DNA from: Candidatus Jorgensenbacteria bacterium
Lineage (GTDB): Bacteria; Patescibacteriota; Minisyncoccia; UBA6257; GWB1-50-10
DNA length: 64,000 nt
Assembly (NCBI GenBank): GCA_011050075.1
Contig: DRGK01000012.1
Span: forward strand, 771 to 64,770
Direction of reading: 5' to 3'
Part shown: positions 34,965 through 44,146 of the stretch, piece by piece
How the letters are laid out: every line of letters starts with the position of its first letter
Numbering within the stretch: position 1 is the stretch's first letter
Translations under genes and position numbers: made by a program
Notes under the pieces: generated by a model
What the model was told of the DNA's origin: nothing
Database searches by the model: none
The model's input: the letters and a program-made list of their open reading frames with translations, nothing else

Positions 34965-36301
34965 TCACCATTCAATCACTTTTTGCTTCAATCCAGGAAC
35001 TACGACACACTCCGTATGCGCTTCCCTTGGTTGTTTTATTTACTACTACCATATTGCTCATCATTGCGGCTTTTCTGTTTGCTCCCCTATATTTTGCTCT
35101 CATATTCACCGTCGTATTTGTTGGTATGGGCGTGGGCGCTATACAAGCATATGCACGGCTCGCGAAAATCGAAATAGAAACACGGCTCGGAGCACAACAG
35201 CTAAAAGCAGTAACTCAAGACATGTATGAAGGGGTAGTTGTGTACACACCCCAGTTTAAAATAATAAATATAAACCCTGCGGCAGAAAAAATACTTAATA
35301 TTACAAAGAAAGATGTTTTAGGAAAAACCATCACCCCACAGTCTGCACAACAAGAAAAATTGAGCCTTTTTACACAAGTCATTTATCCTTCGCTCACGCC
35401 AACTATAAACAATATTTCCGAGAGCGGGTGGCCACAAGTAATAGAAATTGGCACACAAGCGCCTGAACGACGGTTGCGCCTCACACTCAACCAACTCCTT
35501 GATGGTAAGCGAGTTACGGGTTTTGTAAAAATAATTCAAGACAAGACGTACGAACAACAACTTGAAGAGTCTAAAACTGAATTTATTACTAATTCCGCAC
35601 ACCAGCTTCGCACACCTCTCACGGGCATTAATTGGGCATTCGAGTCCCTGCGCTCTGCTCTAAAAGAAAATAAAGAGTTATCCGACACAGCAGAGCAGGG
35701 CTACATGCTTGCACAGCGAGGGTTAAGAATTATTAATGAAATGTTGGACGTCGCACAGATAGAGGGGGGAACTATCACATACAGCGCGGACCGCATTGAT
35801 ATTAACGAGTTGGTTTCTGAGGTGCTACAAGAGGCCCGTCCAGTTGCTCAAAGTTATAACATAACCATACACTCCTCTCTATCAACCGAGCATATGTATA
35901 TGAATGGAGACAAGGAACGTTTACGAGCAGCTCTCATCACGCTTATTGATAATGCCATAAAATACAACAACGAAGATGGGTCTGTAACTATTACTACATC
36001 AAAACAAGAAAGTTTGGGGAATATTATAATACAGGACACGGGCGTTGGTATTCCTAAAACAGAACAGAAACACTTATTTGAAAAATTTTATAGAGGAAAA
36101 CACGCAAAGCAAATTGATCCTAATGGAAGCGGATTGGGTTTGTTCATTGTTAAAAATATTATTGAACGACACAAAGGAAAGGTTTGGGCAGAATCAACTC
36201 TCGGGCGTGGGAGCACCTTCTATTTGTCGCTTCCCCTCGCTGCATCCAGTAATCCGCCCTTAAAATCTTCTCGTCCCACTGGAACGAGGCAAGAGGTCTA
36301 A
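34961..36301 (+). CDS. Sensor histidine kinase (2 TM, PAS-like, HisKA, HATPase_c)
   Basis: The H-box is HQLRTPLTGI. The N-box is IDNAIKY and the G-boxes are DTGVGI and GSGLGL. No response regulator is adjacent. Confidence 0.8.
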   Translation: MITIQSLFASIQELRHTPYALPLVVLFTTTILLIIAAFLFAPLYFALIFTVVFVGMGVGAIQAYARLAKIEIETRLGAQQLKAVTQDMYEGVVVYTPQFKIININPAAEKILNITKKDVLGKTITPQSAQQEKLSLFTQVIYPSLTPTINNISESGWPQVIEIGTQAPERRLRLTLNQLLDGKRVTGFVKIIQDKTYEQQLEESKTEFITNSAHQLRTPLTGINWAFESLRSALKENKELSDTAEQGYMLAQRGLRIINEMLDVAQIEGGTITYSADRIDINELVSEVLQEARPVAQSYNITIHSSLSTEHMYMNGDKERLRAALITLIDNAIKYNNEDGSVTITTSKQESLGNIIIQDTGVGIPKTEQKHLFEKFYRGKHAKQIDPNGSGLGLFIVKNIIERHKGKVWAESTLGRGSTFYLSLPLAASSNPPLKSSRPTGTRQEV

Positions 36302-36307
36302 AGTTAT

Positions 36308-36838
36308 ATGTCAGGGCATTCTAAGTGGAAGCAGATAAAACACAAAAAAGGCTTAGTTGATAAAAAGCGTAGTCAACTATTCTCAAAACTACTCAGCGCA
36401 GTTAGTACAGCCGCGCAAAAAGAACAAAATCCTAAGCTCAACCCCGAGCTTAAAACGGCTATTGAGCGGGCGCGTGAAGCAAATGTTCCGTTAGAGAATA
36501 TCAAGCGAGCGCTCAGTCGAGCAAGTTCGTCCGGCGATCTTGAGGAGTTTGTTGCAGAAGCGTACGGTCCTGGCGGCATAGCAATTCTCATCATTGCAGA
36601 AACGAGCAGTAAAAACAGGACGGCACAAGAAATTAAACTGCTCTTAAAAAATTTGGGCGGTAAGTGGGCTGATCCAGGTAGTGTTCGCTGGACTTTTGAA
36701 CAAAAAGGAGGTGCTTGGGAACCAAAGTTCCCACAAGAATTTCCCCTGGACGACCTTATTAAGCTCAATATATTAATTACCGCACTTGAGAAACTCTCTG
36801 CTGTCGTGGTCGTGTACACAAACATTATTCATACATAA
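36308..36838 (+). CDS. YebC/PmpR-family protein (short, 176 aa)
   Basis: The N-terminus MSGHSKWKQIKHKKG…NPKLNPELKTAIERAREANVPLENIKRAL is the YebC signature. Confidence 0.7.
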   Translation: MSGHSKWKQIKHKKGLVDKKRSQLFSKLLSAVSTAAQKEQNPKLNPELKTAIERAREANVPLENIKRALSRASSSGDLEEFVAEAYGPGGIAILIIAETSSKNRTAQEIKLLLKNLGGKWADPGSVRWTFEQKGGAWEPKFPQEFPLDDLIKLNILITALEKLSAVVVVYTNIIHT

Positions 36839-36852
36839 CTACAGATTACTAT

Positions 36853-37326
36853 ATGGTTATCCTCGGCATTGATCCTGGTACCACACGCATCGGGTACGGG
36901 GTTATTATTAAAAAAAATTCCCAATTATTCTATCAAACCAACGGTGTTATTGAAACGCGCGGAACTCATTTGGAGAAACTTATATCACTCTCAAGTCAGT
37001 TATCAGACCTCATTACTAAAGTAAAACCTGAACTTGTTGGGATAGAAACCATACTTTTCTCTGTTAATAAAAAAACAGCGATCTCTGTAGCACAGGCACG
37101 GGGGGTTATTTTACATACAGTAGCAGTGCGCGGTATCCCTATTACCGAACCATCTCCTTCAGAAGTGAAGCTTGCGGTAACAGGAAATGGAAACGCAACA
37201 AAAGAAGCGGTGGCAAAAATGGTACATCACTTTCTTAACGACTCAAGCCCCCTTCTTAGTACTATTGATGATGCTATGGACGCGCTCGCAATTGCTATTA
37301 CTATAAGCAATAAGAAACCCTCATAA
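36853..37326 (+). CDS. ruvC: Crossover junction endodeoxyribonuclease RuvC
   Basis: The N-terminus ILGIDPGTTRIGYGVI is the RuvC fold. Confidence 0.85.
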   Translation: MVILGIDPGTTRIGYGVIIKKNSQLFYQTNGVIETRGTHLEKLISLSSQLSDLITKVKPELVGIETILFSVNKKTAISVAQARGVILHTVAVRGIPITEPSPSEVKLAVTGNGNATKEAVAKMVHHFLNDSSPLLSTIDDAMDALAIAITISNKKPS

Positions 37327-37330
37327 AGTC

Positions 37331-37358
37331 TTGACTTTGTTGTGCTTTTACCTATACT
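37331..37358 (+). promoter_or_regulatory. Strong sigma70-like promoter (-35 TTGACT, 16 nt spacer, -10 TATACT)
   Basis: TTGACT at 37331-37336 and TATACT at 37353-37358. It lies upstream of the small acidic ORF and the PBP gene. Confidence 0.55.
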
Positions 37359-37417
37359 ACCCTCACCCTACTCAACATGAGGGCTAAAGGTCGCCCGATT
37401 AAGATTATTTGTTACTT

Positions 37418-37585
37418 ATGACAACCAATCTAAAAGAGGTGGTTTTACTCACCGAAGAAGAGGATGTAGACACAAACGAAGAGACAGAGGATGAGGCGGA
37501 GGCTACAGAAAATGAAGAAGAGGACAGCGATGATAAGACAGGAGACAGCTCTGACACAGAGGGTGGTGAAAGCGAAGAAATATAA
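37418..37585 (+). CDS. Small poly-acidic protein (55 aa; not in the ORF track)
   Basis: Manual translation gives MTTNLKEVVLLTEEEDVDTNEETEDEAEATENEEEDSDDKTGDSSDTEGGESEEI. A strong promoter is upstream and a strong hairpin is directly downstream. Coding status is uncertain (low complexity). Confidence 0.35.
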   Translation: MTTNLKEVVLLTEEEDVDTNEETEDEAEATENEEEDSDDKTGDSSDTEGGESEEI

Positions 37586-37639
37586 CCTAAAAACCACAAA
37601 ACCTCACCAAAATACTGGAGAGGTTTTGTGGTTTTTAGG
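37586..37639 (+). terminator. Perfect 20-bp stem hairpin (CCTAAAAACCACAAAACCTC / GAGGTTTTGTGGTTTTTAGG) with a weak U-tract; terminator or attenuator ahead of the PBP gene
   Basis: The hairpin has a 14-nt loop and is followed by TTAATATATAT. The PBP ATG is at 37655. Confidence 0.55.
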
Positions 37640-37654
37640 TTAATATATATAACA

Positions 37655-40156
37655 ATGAGGAAATCTTCCCATAAGCCTCGTAAAACTACCTTGCGCCGGC
37701 AAACATATATTACCGCAGCTGCTGCAGTATTATTTTTTTCCGCCCTCACCGCAAGCGGCATCGTGTATGCCGCTCTCATCATACAACAGCTTCCCCCCCT
37801 TGAACACTTTAGTTCACGAAAAGTAAACGAATCAACGAAAATTTATGACCGCACCGGGGAAGTGTTGTTGTATGAGATTTTTGATGAAGAAAAAAGAACT
37901 GTTATTCCCTTTGACGCCATTCCCAGTTCCATGAAACGCGCAACACTTGCCGCAGAAGATGATGATTTTTACAATCAACCTGCGTTTGATTGGAAAGCAA
38001 TTATACGAGCCTTCATCGCTAATATAAAGGAAGGTCGTATTACTCAGGGGGGTTCTACTATCACACAGCAGCTGGTTAAGAATGTTTTTCTTACATCAGA
38101 AAAAACCATTACTAGGAAGCTTAAGGAACTAATACTGGCTATAGAACTTGAATCGCGACACTCAAAAGATGAGATTTTTTCTGCATACCTAAACCAGATT
38201 CCCTATGGCTCAAACGCATATGGTGTTGAGGCCGCAAGCCAAACATTTTTCGGCAAACCGGCTAACGAATTATCTCTTGCAGAGTCGTCCTTGTTGGCGG
38301 CCTTGCCAAAAGCGCCGAGTTATTTTTCCCCTTGGGGAGAGCATACTCAGGACCTTTTTCAACGACAAGAATATATCCTCGGCCGCATGTATGAGCTCAA
38401 ACTTATTACTAAGCAGCAACTGGAGTCCGTAGAAAACGAAGTTCTCCTCTTTAAGTCTCCTTCTCTCGGAAGCATAAAAGCACCCCACTTCTCTATTGCG
38501 GTACGGCAATATCTTATAAAGAAATATGGGGAGGAAGTGGTGCGTAGTGGCGGCCTACAGGTTATTACGTCTCTTGATTGGGAACTGCAACAAGCCGCCG
38601 AAGAAGTGATTGCGAAAGGGGTAGTACGCAACGAAGAATTGTACGGAGGCACCAACGCAGCCCTTATTGCCCAAGACGCCTCTACCGGAGAGATTCTTGC
38701 AATGGTGGGTTCCCGAAACTATTTTGATACTGAAATTGATGGCAATTTTAATGTTGCAACACAAGGCTTGCGCCAGCCAGGGTCGGCACTCAAACCATTC
38801 GTATATCTTGTGGCTTTTGAAAAAGGTTTTCAGCCGCAGAGCAAGGTATTTGACGTTCCCACTGAATTTGTGTCTGGTGATCCTGATTGTCCTGTAATAC
38901 TCACGCCCTTATCAAAAAATAACGCCGACTGTTTCAGTCCAGAAAACTTTGATGGCGTTTTCCGCGGTCCCGTTTCCCTCGCCGAAGGCCTCGCTCAGTC
39001 TATTAATGTTCCCTCTGTAAAAACGCTGTATCTTGCCGGGTTCGATGAGGTTTTAAAGACGCTATCCTTATTCGGCGTCTCTACGCTCAATGAGCGGTGG
39101 CGGTATGGTCTCTCTTTGGTGTTGGGCGGTGGAGAAGTGAAGCTTTCAGAATTGGTAAACGCATATGCAACACTCGCGCAAGACGGAATACATCGTCGTC
39201 AAACACTCATTAAAAAAATAGAAACAAGTAGTGGTGATGTTCTAGAAAAAAATGCAGACAATGCTTCAAGGGTGTTCGCAGAAGAGCCTGTTAGGTTAGT
39301 CAATAGCATTCTCTCAAACATAGACCTGCGCTCAGGGCTCTTTCAGAGCAGTCTAGGGCTTACTGTGTTTCTAGGGAGAGACGTTGCATTAAAAACGGGT
39401 ACTACAAATGACTACCGCGACGCGTGGGCAATAGGATATACTCCTTCGCTTGTTGTTGGTGTATGGGCAGGAAACAACGACAACACACCCATGCATCGCC
39501 AAGGGTCCAGCATTCTTGCGGCTGTTCCTATGTGGAGTGATTTCATGAGTCGCGCATTTAATATCTTAAACCCGCCCGCAGAGCCTTTTGTCCGCTATCA
39601 ACCTATCCTTCAGAGCACCAAACCAATGCTCGGTGGAGATGTTCTTTTCACACCTACAATAAACTCTGTCGCCTACCCACAAATGCACTCTATTTTATAC
39701 TGGGTAGACAAAAGTAACCCAATGGGTCCCCCACCGGAAAACCCGAGCAAGGATAGTCAGTTTCTCAATTGGGAGGCTGGGTTAATCATGTGGGCAACGA
39801 AAAACATACCTGGATTTGAAACGTACAACAAGCCTTTCCCTTATACCGCTTCTTTTTCTCAGTCAGACCCATTAACGCAAGAGAGTGTCTCTATACAATT
39901 CTTAAAACCCTCAAGCGGGTCGTTCGTTGTTCGTCCTTTGTTTATACAAGCAACTATCCGTGCACGCAAAGGGTTACGCAGGGTAGAGTTTTATTTTAAC
40001 AACACCCTCTTACAAAAATTGAATGTTGTAGGAAACACATATTCGTTCTTCTACTACGTCATAAAACCTCTTAAGCCTCAAAACTTAATAGAGTTGCGAG
40101 CTTTCGATATACAAGGAAATGAGGTAACGGCTTCGCGCATTGTGTTTTCCCAATAA
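37655..40156 (+). CDS. Class A penicillin-binding protein (glycosyltransferase + transpeptidase), with a C-terminal extension
   Basis: The GT51 motifs are EDDDFYNQPAFD and RITQGGSTITQQLVKN. The transpeptidase motifs are SALKPF and KTGTT. The start is taken at 37655 (MRKSS…), because the listed GTG 37628 lies within the upstream hairpin. Confidence 0.85.
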   Translation: MRKSSHKPRKTTLRRQTYITAAAAVLFFSALTASGIVYAALIIQQLPPLEHFSSRKVNESTKIYDRTGEVLLYEIFDEEKRTVIPFDAIPSSMKRATLAAEDDDFYNQPAFDWKAIIRAFIANIKEGRITQGGSTITQQLVKNVFLTSEKTITRKLKELILAIELESRHSKDEIFSAYLNQIPYGSNAYGVEAASQTFFGKPANELSLAESSLLAALPKAPSYFSPWGEHTQDLFQRQEYILGRMYELKLITKQQLESVENEVLLFKSPSLGSIKAPHFSIAVRQYLIKKYGEEVVRSGGLQVITSLDWELQQAAEEVIAKGVVRNEELYGGTNAALIAQDASTGEILAMVGSRNYFDTEIDGNFNVATQGLRQPGSALKPFVYLVAFEKGFQPQSKVFDVPTEFVSGDPDCPVILTPLSKNNADCFSPENFDGVFRGPVSLAEGLAQSINVPSVKTLYLAGFDEVLKTLSLFGVSTLNERWRYGLSLVLGGGEVKLSELVNAYATLAQDGIHRRQTLIKKIETSSGDVLEKNADNASRVFAEEPVRLVNSILSNIDLRSGLFQSSLGLTVFLGRDVALKTGTTNDYRDAWAIGYTPSLVVGVWAGNNDNTPMHRQGSSILAAVPMWSDFMSRAFNILNPPAEPFVRYQPILQSTKPMLGGDVLFTPTINSVAYPQMHSILYWVDKSNPMGPPPENPSKDSQFLNWEAGLIMWATKNIPGFETYNKPFPYTASFSQSDPLTQESVSIQFLKPSSGSFVVRPLFIQATIRARKGLRRVEFYFNNTLLQKLNVVGNTYSFFYYVIKPLKPQNLIELRAFDIQGNEVTASRIVFSQ

Positions 40157-40163
40157 CCCCTCA

Positions 40164-41276
40164 CTAAACCCTAATGGGCATTACTACGTAAATAAGTTGT
40201 TGTTCCTCTTGATTTTTTATCATAACAGGCTTCTCAGCACCACTTAAACCGAGAATTATCTCGTCTCCTTTGTACATACGCAACCCATCTAAAAGATAGT
40301 GCCAGTTAAACGAAATTTCGATTTTTTGCTGTTTTCCTTTTGTTCTAATAGGGATGCGATATGTATTTTCTCCTAATGTAGATTCCGCTGAGCGCACTTC
40401 TAAAACTTTTTTTTCTATTTGTAACACCACGTCGTGTGCTCTACCAGAAAATGTCTTTACGGTCCGCACTGCATTTATAAACTCGGATCGCTCCAAAAAT
40501 ATTTCTGTTTCGTTTTCTTTTGGAATTATCAGTTTATAATCAGGAAACGCACCATCAACCAGGCGTGTAATAAGTTGTTTGTTCTCTGTTCTAAACAGCG
40601 CCTGATTAGAGTCGATTAAAATTTCTACCTCTCCATCCTTAATAATTTTTAGTACGGTTTCCATGGTTTGTAATGGAACAATAAAACTTGTTCCATTTTC
40701 AAGCGCCGACCGGGTTTTATTCTGCTCTATTGTTTTTTCAACCAAACGAAAACTATCTGTGCCAACAAGCGTCAATTGTTGATTATCGTATAAGAAGAAT
40801 ATTCCATTTATTTCCGGTCGTATTTCAGAATACTGCGTTGCAGTGAGCGCTTGGCTTATAGACTCTAATAAGTCTTCTGTTTTTATTTTAAGCGCCACCT
40901 GTGTGTTGCTAATGGTGGGAATAATAGGAAACTCCTCCAATTCTCCAATATTGATAGTCGCTTCATAATTATCGGCAGTTATTGTTATTGTTTTATTTTT
41001 TTGTTCGATCTGAATTTTTTCAGCAACTAAACTATTGATGATACTGTAGAGAATACTAAAAGGAATAATAATATTCCCTTCTTCTAATACTTTTCCTTGT
41101 ATTGTGTGCTGTATCGCTATTTCAAGGTTTGTTGCAGTAAAAACTATCTTACTGTTCTTTTTGGCAGCAGCGCAGTGAATGCTCTGTAGTACAGGCAGAC
41201 GAGACCCGTTACCAACAGCTCTTTCCACAGACTTGAGAGCGTTTAGTAGGTTGCTCTTTAATAATATTAATTTCAT
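40164..41276 (-). CDS. dnaN: DNA polymerase III beta sliding clamp
   Basis: 370 aa. The N-terminus is MKLILLKSNLLNALKSVERAV. It lies directly downstream of dnaA. Confidence 0.85.
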   Translation of the reverse strand: MKLILLKSNLLNALKSVERAVGNGSRLPVLQSIHCAAAKKNSKIVFTATNLEIAIQHTIQGKVLEEGNIIIPFSILYSIINSLVAEKIQIEQKNKTITITADNYEATINIGELEEFPIIPTISNTQVALKIKTEDLLESISQALTATQYSEIRPEINGIFFLYDNQQLTLVGTDSFRLVEKTIEQNKTRSALENGTSFIVPLQTMETVLKIIKDGEVEILIDSNQALFRTENKQLITRLVDGAFPDYKLIIPKENETEIFLERSEFINAVRTVKTFSGRAHDVVLQIEKKVLEVRSAESTLGENTYRIPIRTKGKQQKIEISFNWHYLLDGLRMYKGDEIILGLSGAEKPVMIKNQEEQQLIYVVMPIRV

Positions 41277-41403
41277 TTTAGTTATTAGTTATAGTAGTAG
41301 GGGGTGTGTATATGTGGAAAAGAGGAATAAAACTACCAAACAAGAGGAAAACTACGAGGTGTTGTGGGGATAGTGATGGAATAACGAAACAAAAAACCAA
41401 AGA
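41277..41403. promoter_or_regulatory. Candidate oriC segment (dnaA-dnaN intergenic) with degenerate DnaA-box-like motifs
   Basis: TGTGGAAAA (one mismatch to TGTGGATAA), TGTGGGGATA and GATGGAATAA. The region is AT-rich. Confidence 0.3.
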
Positions 41404-42771
41404 CTATTTGTAAAGTCTTTCTTTTATCAACATGACTTTCTGATTTAATCCAGAGTCATTGTTGATAGCTTTTGTTATTTTTTCACACGCGTGTATAGCG
41501 GTTGTGTGATCGCGTTTCCCGAGCTGCTCACCAATGTGTGGATATGAAAGTTTTAACGTATCGCGGAGTATGTACATACAAATCTGGCGAGGCTCCACTA
41601 TTTCTCTTTTCCTACTTCTTTTAGTAAGGTCGGCGACAGAAAGCTCAAAAAACTCAGCGACAGTATTGATAACAAAATCAGCTGATATTTTCTTTGATGA
41701 CGGTAGTGTTGTTTCTCCAATAATCTTTTCTAGCCTTTTGTCATTTATTTTTTCATTTTTAAACTCTTGATAGAACATAACTCTATTAATTACACCCTCA
41801 AGCTCCCGAATATTGTTTTGCACCTTTGTGGCAATAGTCTCAAGAATTTTTTCTTCAACATTCCACGCATTAGCCACAACTTTGTTTTTTAGGATAGCTA
41901 AACGAGTTTCGTAGTCGGGGTAGCTAATATCAGCAACCATCCCACCCTCAAAACGAGAACGCAGCCGCTCTTCAAGGGTTGGAATTGCTGCAGGAGGCCT
42001 GTCAGACGAGAGAATAATTTGTTTGTTTTGTTCATATAGAGCGTTGAACGTATGAAAAAATTCTTGCTCGGTAGCTGTTTTTCCTCCAATAAACTGAATG
42101 TCGTCAATAATAAGTACATCTATATTCCGATACTTCTTTTTTGTGTCTTCCATTCGCCTGTTGCGAATAGCCCACACAACATCATTGATAAATTTTTCTG
42201 AGGTAACATACAGCACGTGTACATTATTGTTGTATGTTTTGGTAATTTCATTTCCTATGGCTTGAATAAGGTGTGTTTTTCCTAATCCTACTTTTCCATA
42301 AATAAAGAGGGGGTTATACCGCTTTCCCACATGTTTAATAACCGCATGTGCGGCTGCGTGGGCGAGTTCATTTGATTGTCCTACAACATATGAATCTAAT
42401 TTATATCGTGGATTAAGATTCGTTTTAGGATCGGTTTGTGTGTCTATTAGAGAAGAAGACGGCTTGAAGACGTTTTTTTGTTTTTTTAGGGAAACGGGCT
42501 GAGAAGAGCTTACGACTACGTAATTAATTTTTTTAATAGAACCATCAAGATTACGAAGCGAACCTAAAATAAGTTTGTGATATCTGTTCTTTACCCACTC
42601 GCGTGCAAAGTTATTAGGAAGACTGACAGTTGCGACACCGCTTTTGTCGTCTGTCTTTAATAACTCGCTCTGCTTTAACCATGTAAGGAAATTTGGACGG
42701 GAAATCTGCGTCTCTATTTCTCCGAGTACTGCGCTCCAGGCGTCTTTGGTGTTTAGATTAGTTTTTTGCAT
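41404..42771 (-). CDS. dnaA: Chromosomal replication initiator DnaA
   Basis: The Walker A motif is GKVGLGKTHL. The C-terminal DNA-binding domain reads …SYPHIGEQLGKRDHTTAIHACEKI. Confidence 0.9.
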   Translation of the reverse strand: MQKTNLNTKDAWSAVLGEIETQISRPNFLTWLKQSELLKTDDKSGVATVSLPNNFAREWVKNRYHKLILGSLRNLDGSIKKINYVVVSSSQPVSLKKQKNVFKPSSSLIDTQTDPKTNLNPRYKLDSYVVGQSNELAHAAAHAVIKHVGKRYNPLFIYGKVGLGKTHLIQAIGNEITKTYNNNVHVLYVTSEKFINDVVWAIRNRRMEDTKKKYRNIDVLIIDDIQFIGGKTATEQEFFHTFNALYEQNKQIILSSDRPPAAIPTLEERLRSRFEGGMVADISYPDYETRLAILKNKVVANAWNVEEKILETIATKVQNNIRELEGVINRVMFYQEFKNEKINDKRLEKIIGETTLPSSKKISADFVINTVAEFFELSVADLTKRSRKREIVEPRQICMYILRDTLKLSYPHIGEQLGKRDHTTAIHACEKITKAINNDSGLNQKVMLIKERLYK

Positions 42772-42892
42772 ATGGATAGAGAGGGACGTAAAAGAGGTGT
42801 TACCCTTAATATACAGACAAAGAGATGATTTTCAATATTGCGGGAAAGAGAAGTTTGTGATTTAATTGTTTATATTGTGTTAATAAAACATC

Positions 42893-43033
42893 ATGAGCAC
42901 AAAGGGAACATATCAACCAAAAAAGACAAAAAGGAAGCGCAAGCATGGCCTTTTAAAAAGAAAGAGCACAAAAGCTGGTCGCGCAACATTGCTTCGTAGA
43001 AGGAGGAAGGGTCGCGCGAAGTTAACCGTATAA
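42893..43033 (+). CDS. rpmH: 50S ribosomal protein L34 (46 aa; not in the ORF track)
   Basis: Manual translation gives MSTKGTYQPKKTKRKRKHGLLKRKSTKAGRATLLRRRRKGRAKLTV. It is divergent from dnaA as in the classical origin region. Confidence 0.8.
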   Translation: MSTKGTYQPKKTKRKRKHGLLKRKSTKAGRATLLRRRRKGRAKLTV

Positions 43034-43040
43034 AAAACCA

Positions 43041-43748
43041 ATGTTTGACGCGCTATTTTTTGAACCTATTTTAGCATTACTAAAGAGCATCTACAGTAAT
43101 GTTGCGTTTAGTGATTTAGGAATTGCAATAGTATTTCTTACACTACTCATTAGAGTAGTGTTGTTTCCGTTTTTTTATAGGAGCGCGAAAGATCAAGCGC
43201 TCATGAGAAAGATTCAACCTCATGTAGAAAAAATAAAACAAAAACATAAGAATAACCGGGAAGAACAAGGACGCGCCCTCATGGAGCTGTATCGCGAACA
43301 CAAACTCAACCCCTTTTCCAGTTTTTTAATTATTCTCGTACAGCTTCCTATTTTCTTTGCGTTGTTTAAACTATTCCGAGACAGTGAGTTCTTGGCGGAG
43401 ACATTTATTAATACAACCTTTCTTGGTGTGCTCCAGCTGAGCACTCCAAGTATTATGCTTGCGGTTGTAGCAGGAGCCCTCCAGTATATTCAAGGAAAAC
43501 TATCTCTTGGTAAACAGAAAAATCAAACAAAAGGAGGAACACAGAAATTTGTTGTTATGATGATATACTTTGCACCTATTCTTTCGTTTGTTGTGCTTAT
43601 AAGGCTCCCTGCGGCGCTAGGAATCTACTGGGTAATCTCAACCTTGTTTTCTATTGGACAGCAGTTTATGATTAACAAGAAATTAGAATCTAAAAATGAA
43701 GAATACGAGCGAAAAAATACTAAAAATGGTGGAGTTAATGGGGTTTGA
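43041..43748 (+). CDS. yidC: Membrane protein insertase YidC/Oxa1 family (short form)
   Basis: 235 aa with five hydrophobic helices. Its position after rpmH fits. No rnpA or yidD lies between them. Confidence 0.7.
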   Translation: MFDALFFEPILALLKSIYSNVAFSDLGIAIVFLTLLIRVVLFPFFYRSAKDQALMRKIQPHVEKIKQKHKNNREEQGRALMELYREHKLNPFSSFLIILVQLPIFFALFKLFRDSEFLAETFINTTFLGVLQLSTPSIMLAVVAGALQYIQGKLSLGKQKNQTKGGTQKFVVMMIYFAPILSFVVLIRLPAALGIYWVISTLFSIGQQFMINKKLESKNEEYERKNTKNGGVNGV

Positions 43749-44142
43749 TAGTGCCTGTATTACGGTACATGTCGATGAAGAATACAGAAAAATTTCACTT
43801 GTCATTGATGATGATATAGTGCGTGGAAATATAACACCCTCTGTACTTGCCGCGTTCAACCACTTATTTAACCAAGTTCTAAAAAAGGAAGGGAAGCCGT
43901 ATTATATAGTTGATCTTAATTACTATCGCAAAGAGCGCGAACGTCTCATAATAGAGCTTACCCGCGCAGCAGCGCGGAAGGCGGTTATTACCAAGCAGGA
44001 AGTAGAGCTACCGCCAATGAATGCATATGAGAGGCGGCTTATACACACCGAAATAGCAACTCACCCTGAACTTATTACACAGAGCACCGGAGAAGGAAAA
44101 GACAGAAGGGTGGTTATTAAACGTTTTATTGAAGGGGGTTGA
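43726..44142 (+). CDS. jag: Jag/KhpB-like RNA-binding protein (R3H domain)
   Basis: NAYERRLIHTEIATHPELITQSTGEGKDRRVVIKR is an R3H domain. The start is taken at an internal Met to avoid overlap with yidC. Confidence 0.7.
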   Translation: MVELMGFDSACITVHVDEEYRKISLVIDDDIVRGNITPSVLAAFNHLFNQVLKKEGKPYYIVDLNYYRKERERLIIELTRAAARKAVITKQEVELPPMNAYERRLIHTEIATHPELITQSTGEGKDRRVVIKRFIEGG

Positions 44143-44146
44143 AGAA

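Noticed and set aside
37405-37782. 125-aa minus-strand Ser-rich ORF
   Set aside because: It is the antisense mirror of the GAA/GAG-rich acidic frame and overlaps the promoter, the hairpin and the PBP start. It is most likely a frame artefact. Which strand, if either, is coding remains unproven.
42772-42892. Consensus DnaA boxes (TTATCCACA) in the dnaA/rpmH spacer
   Set aside because: Only AT-richness is present there, with no good 9-mer matches. The degenerate matches are in the dnaA-dnaN spacer.
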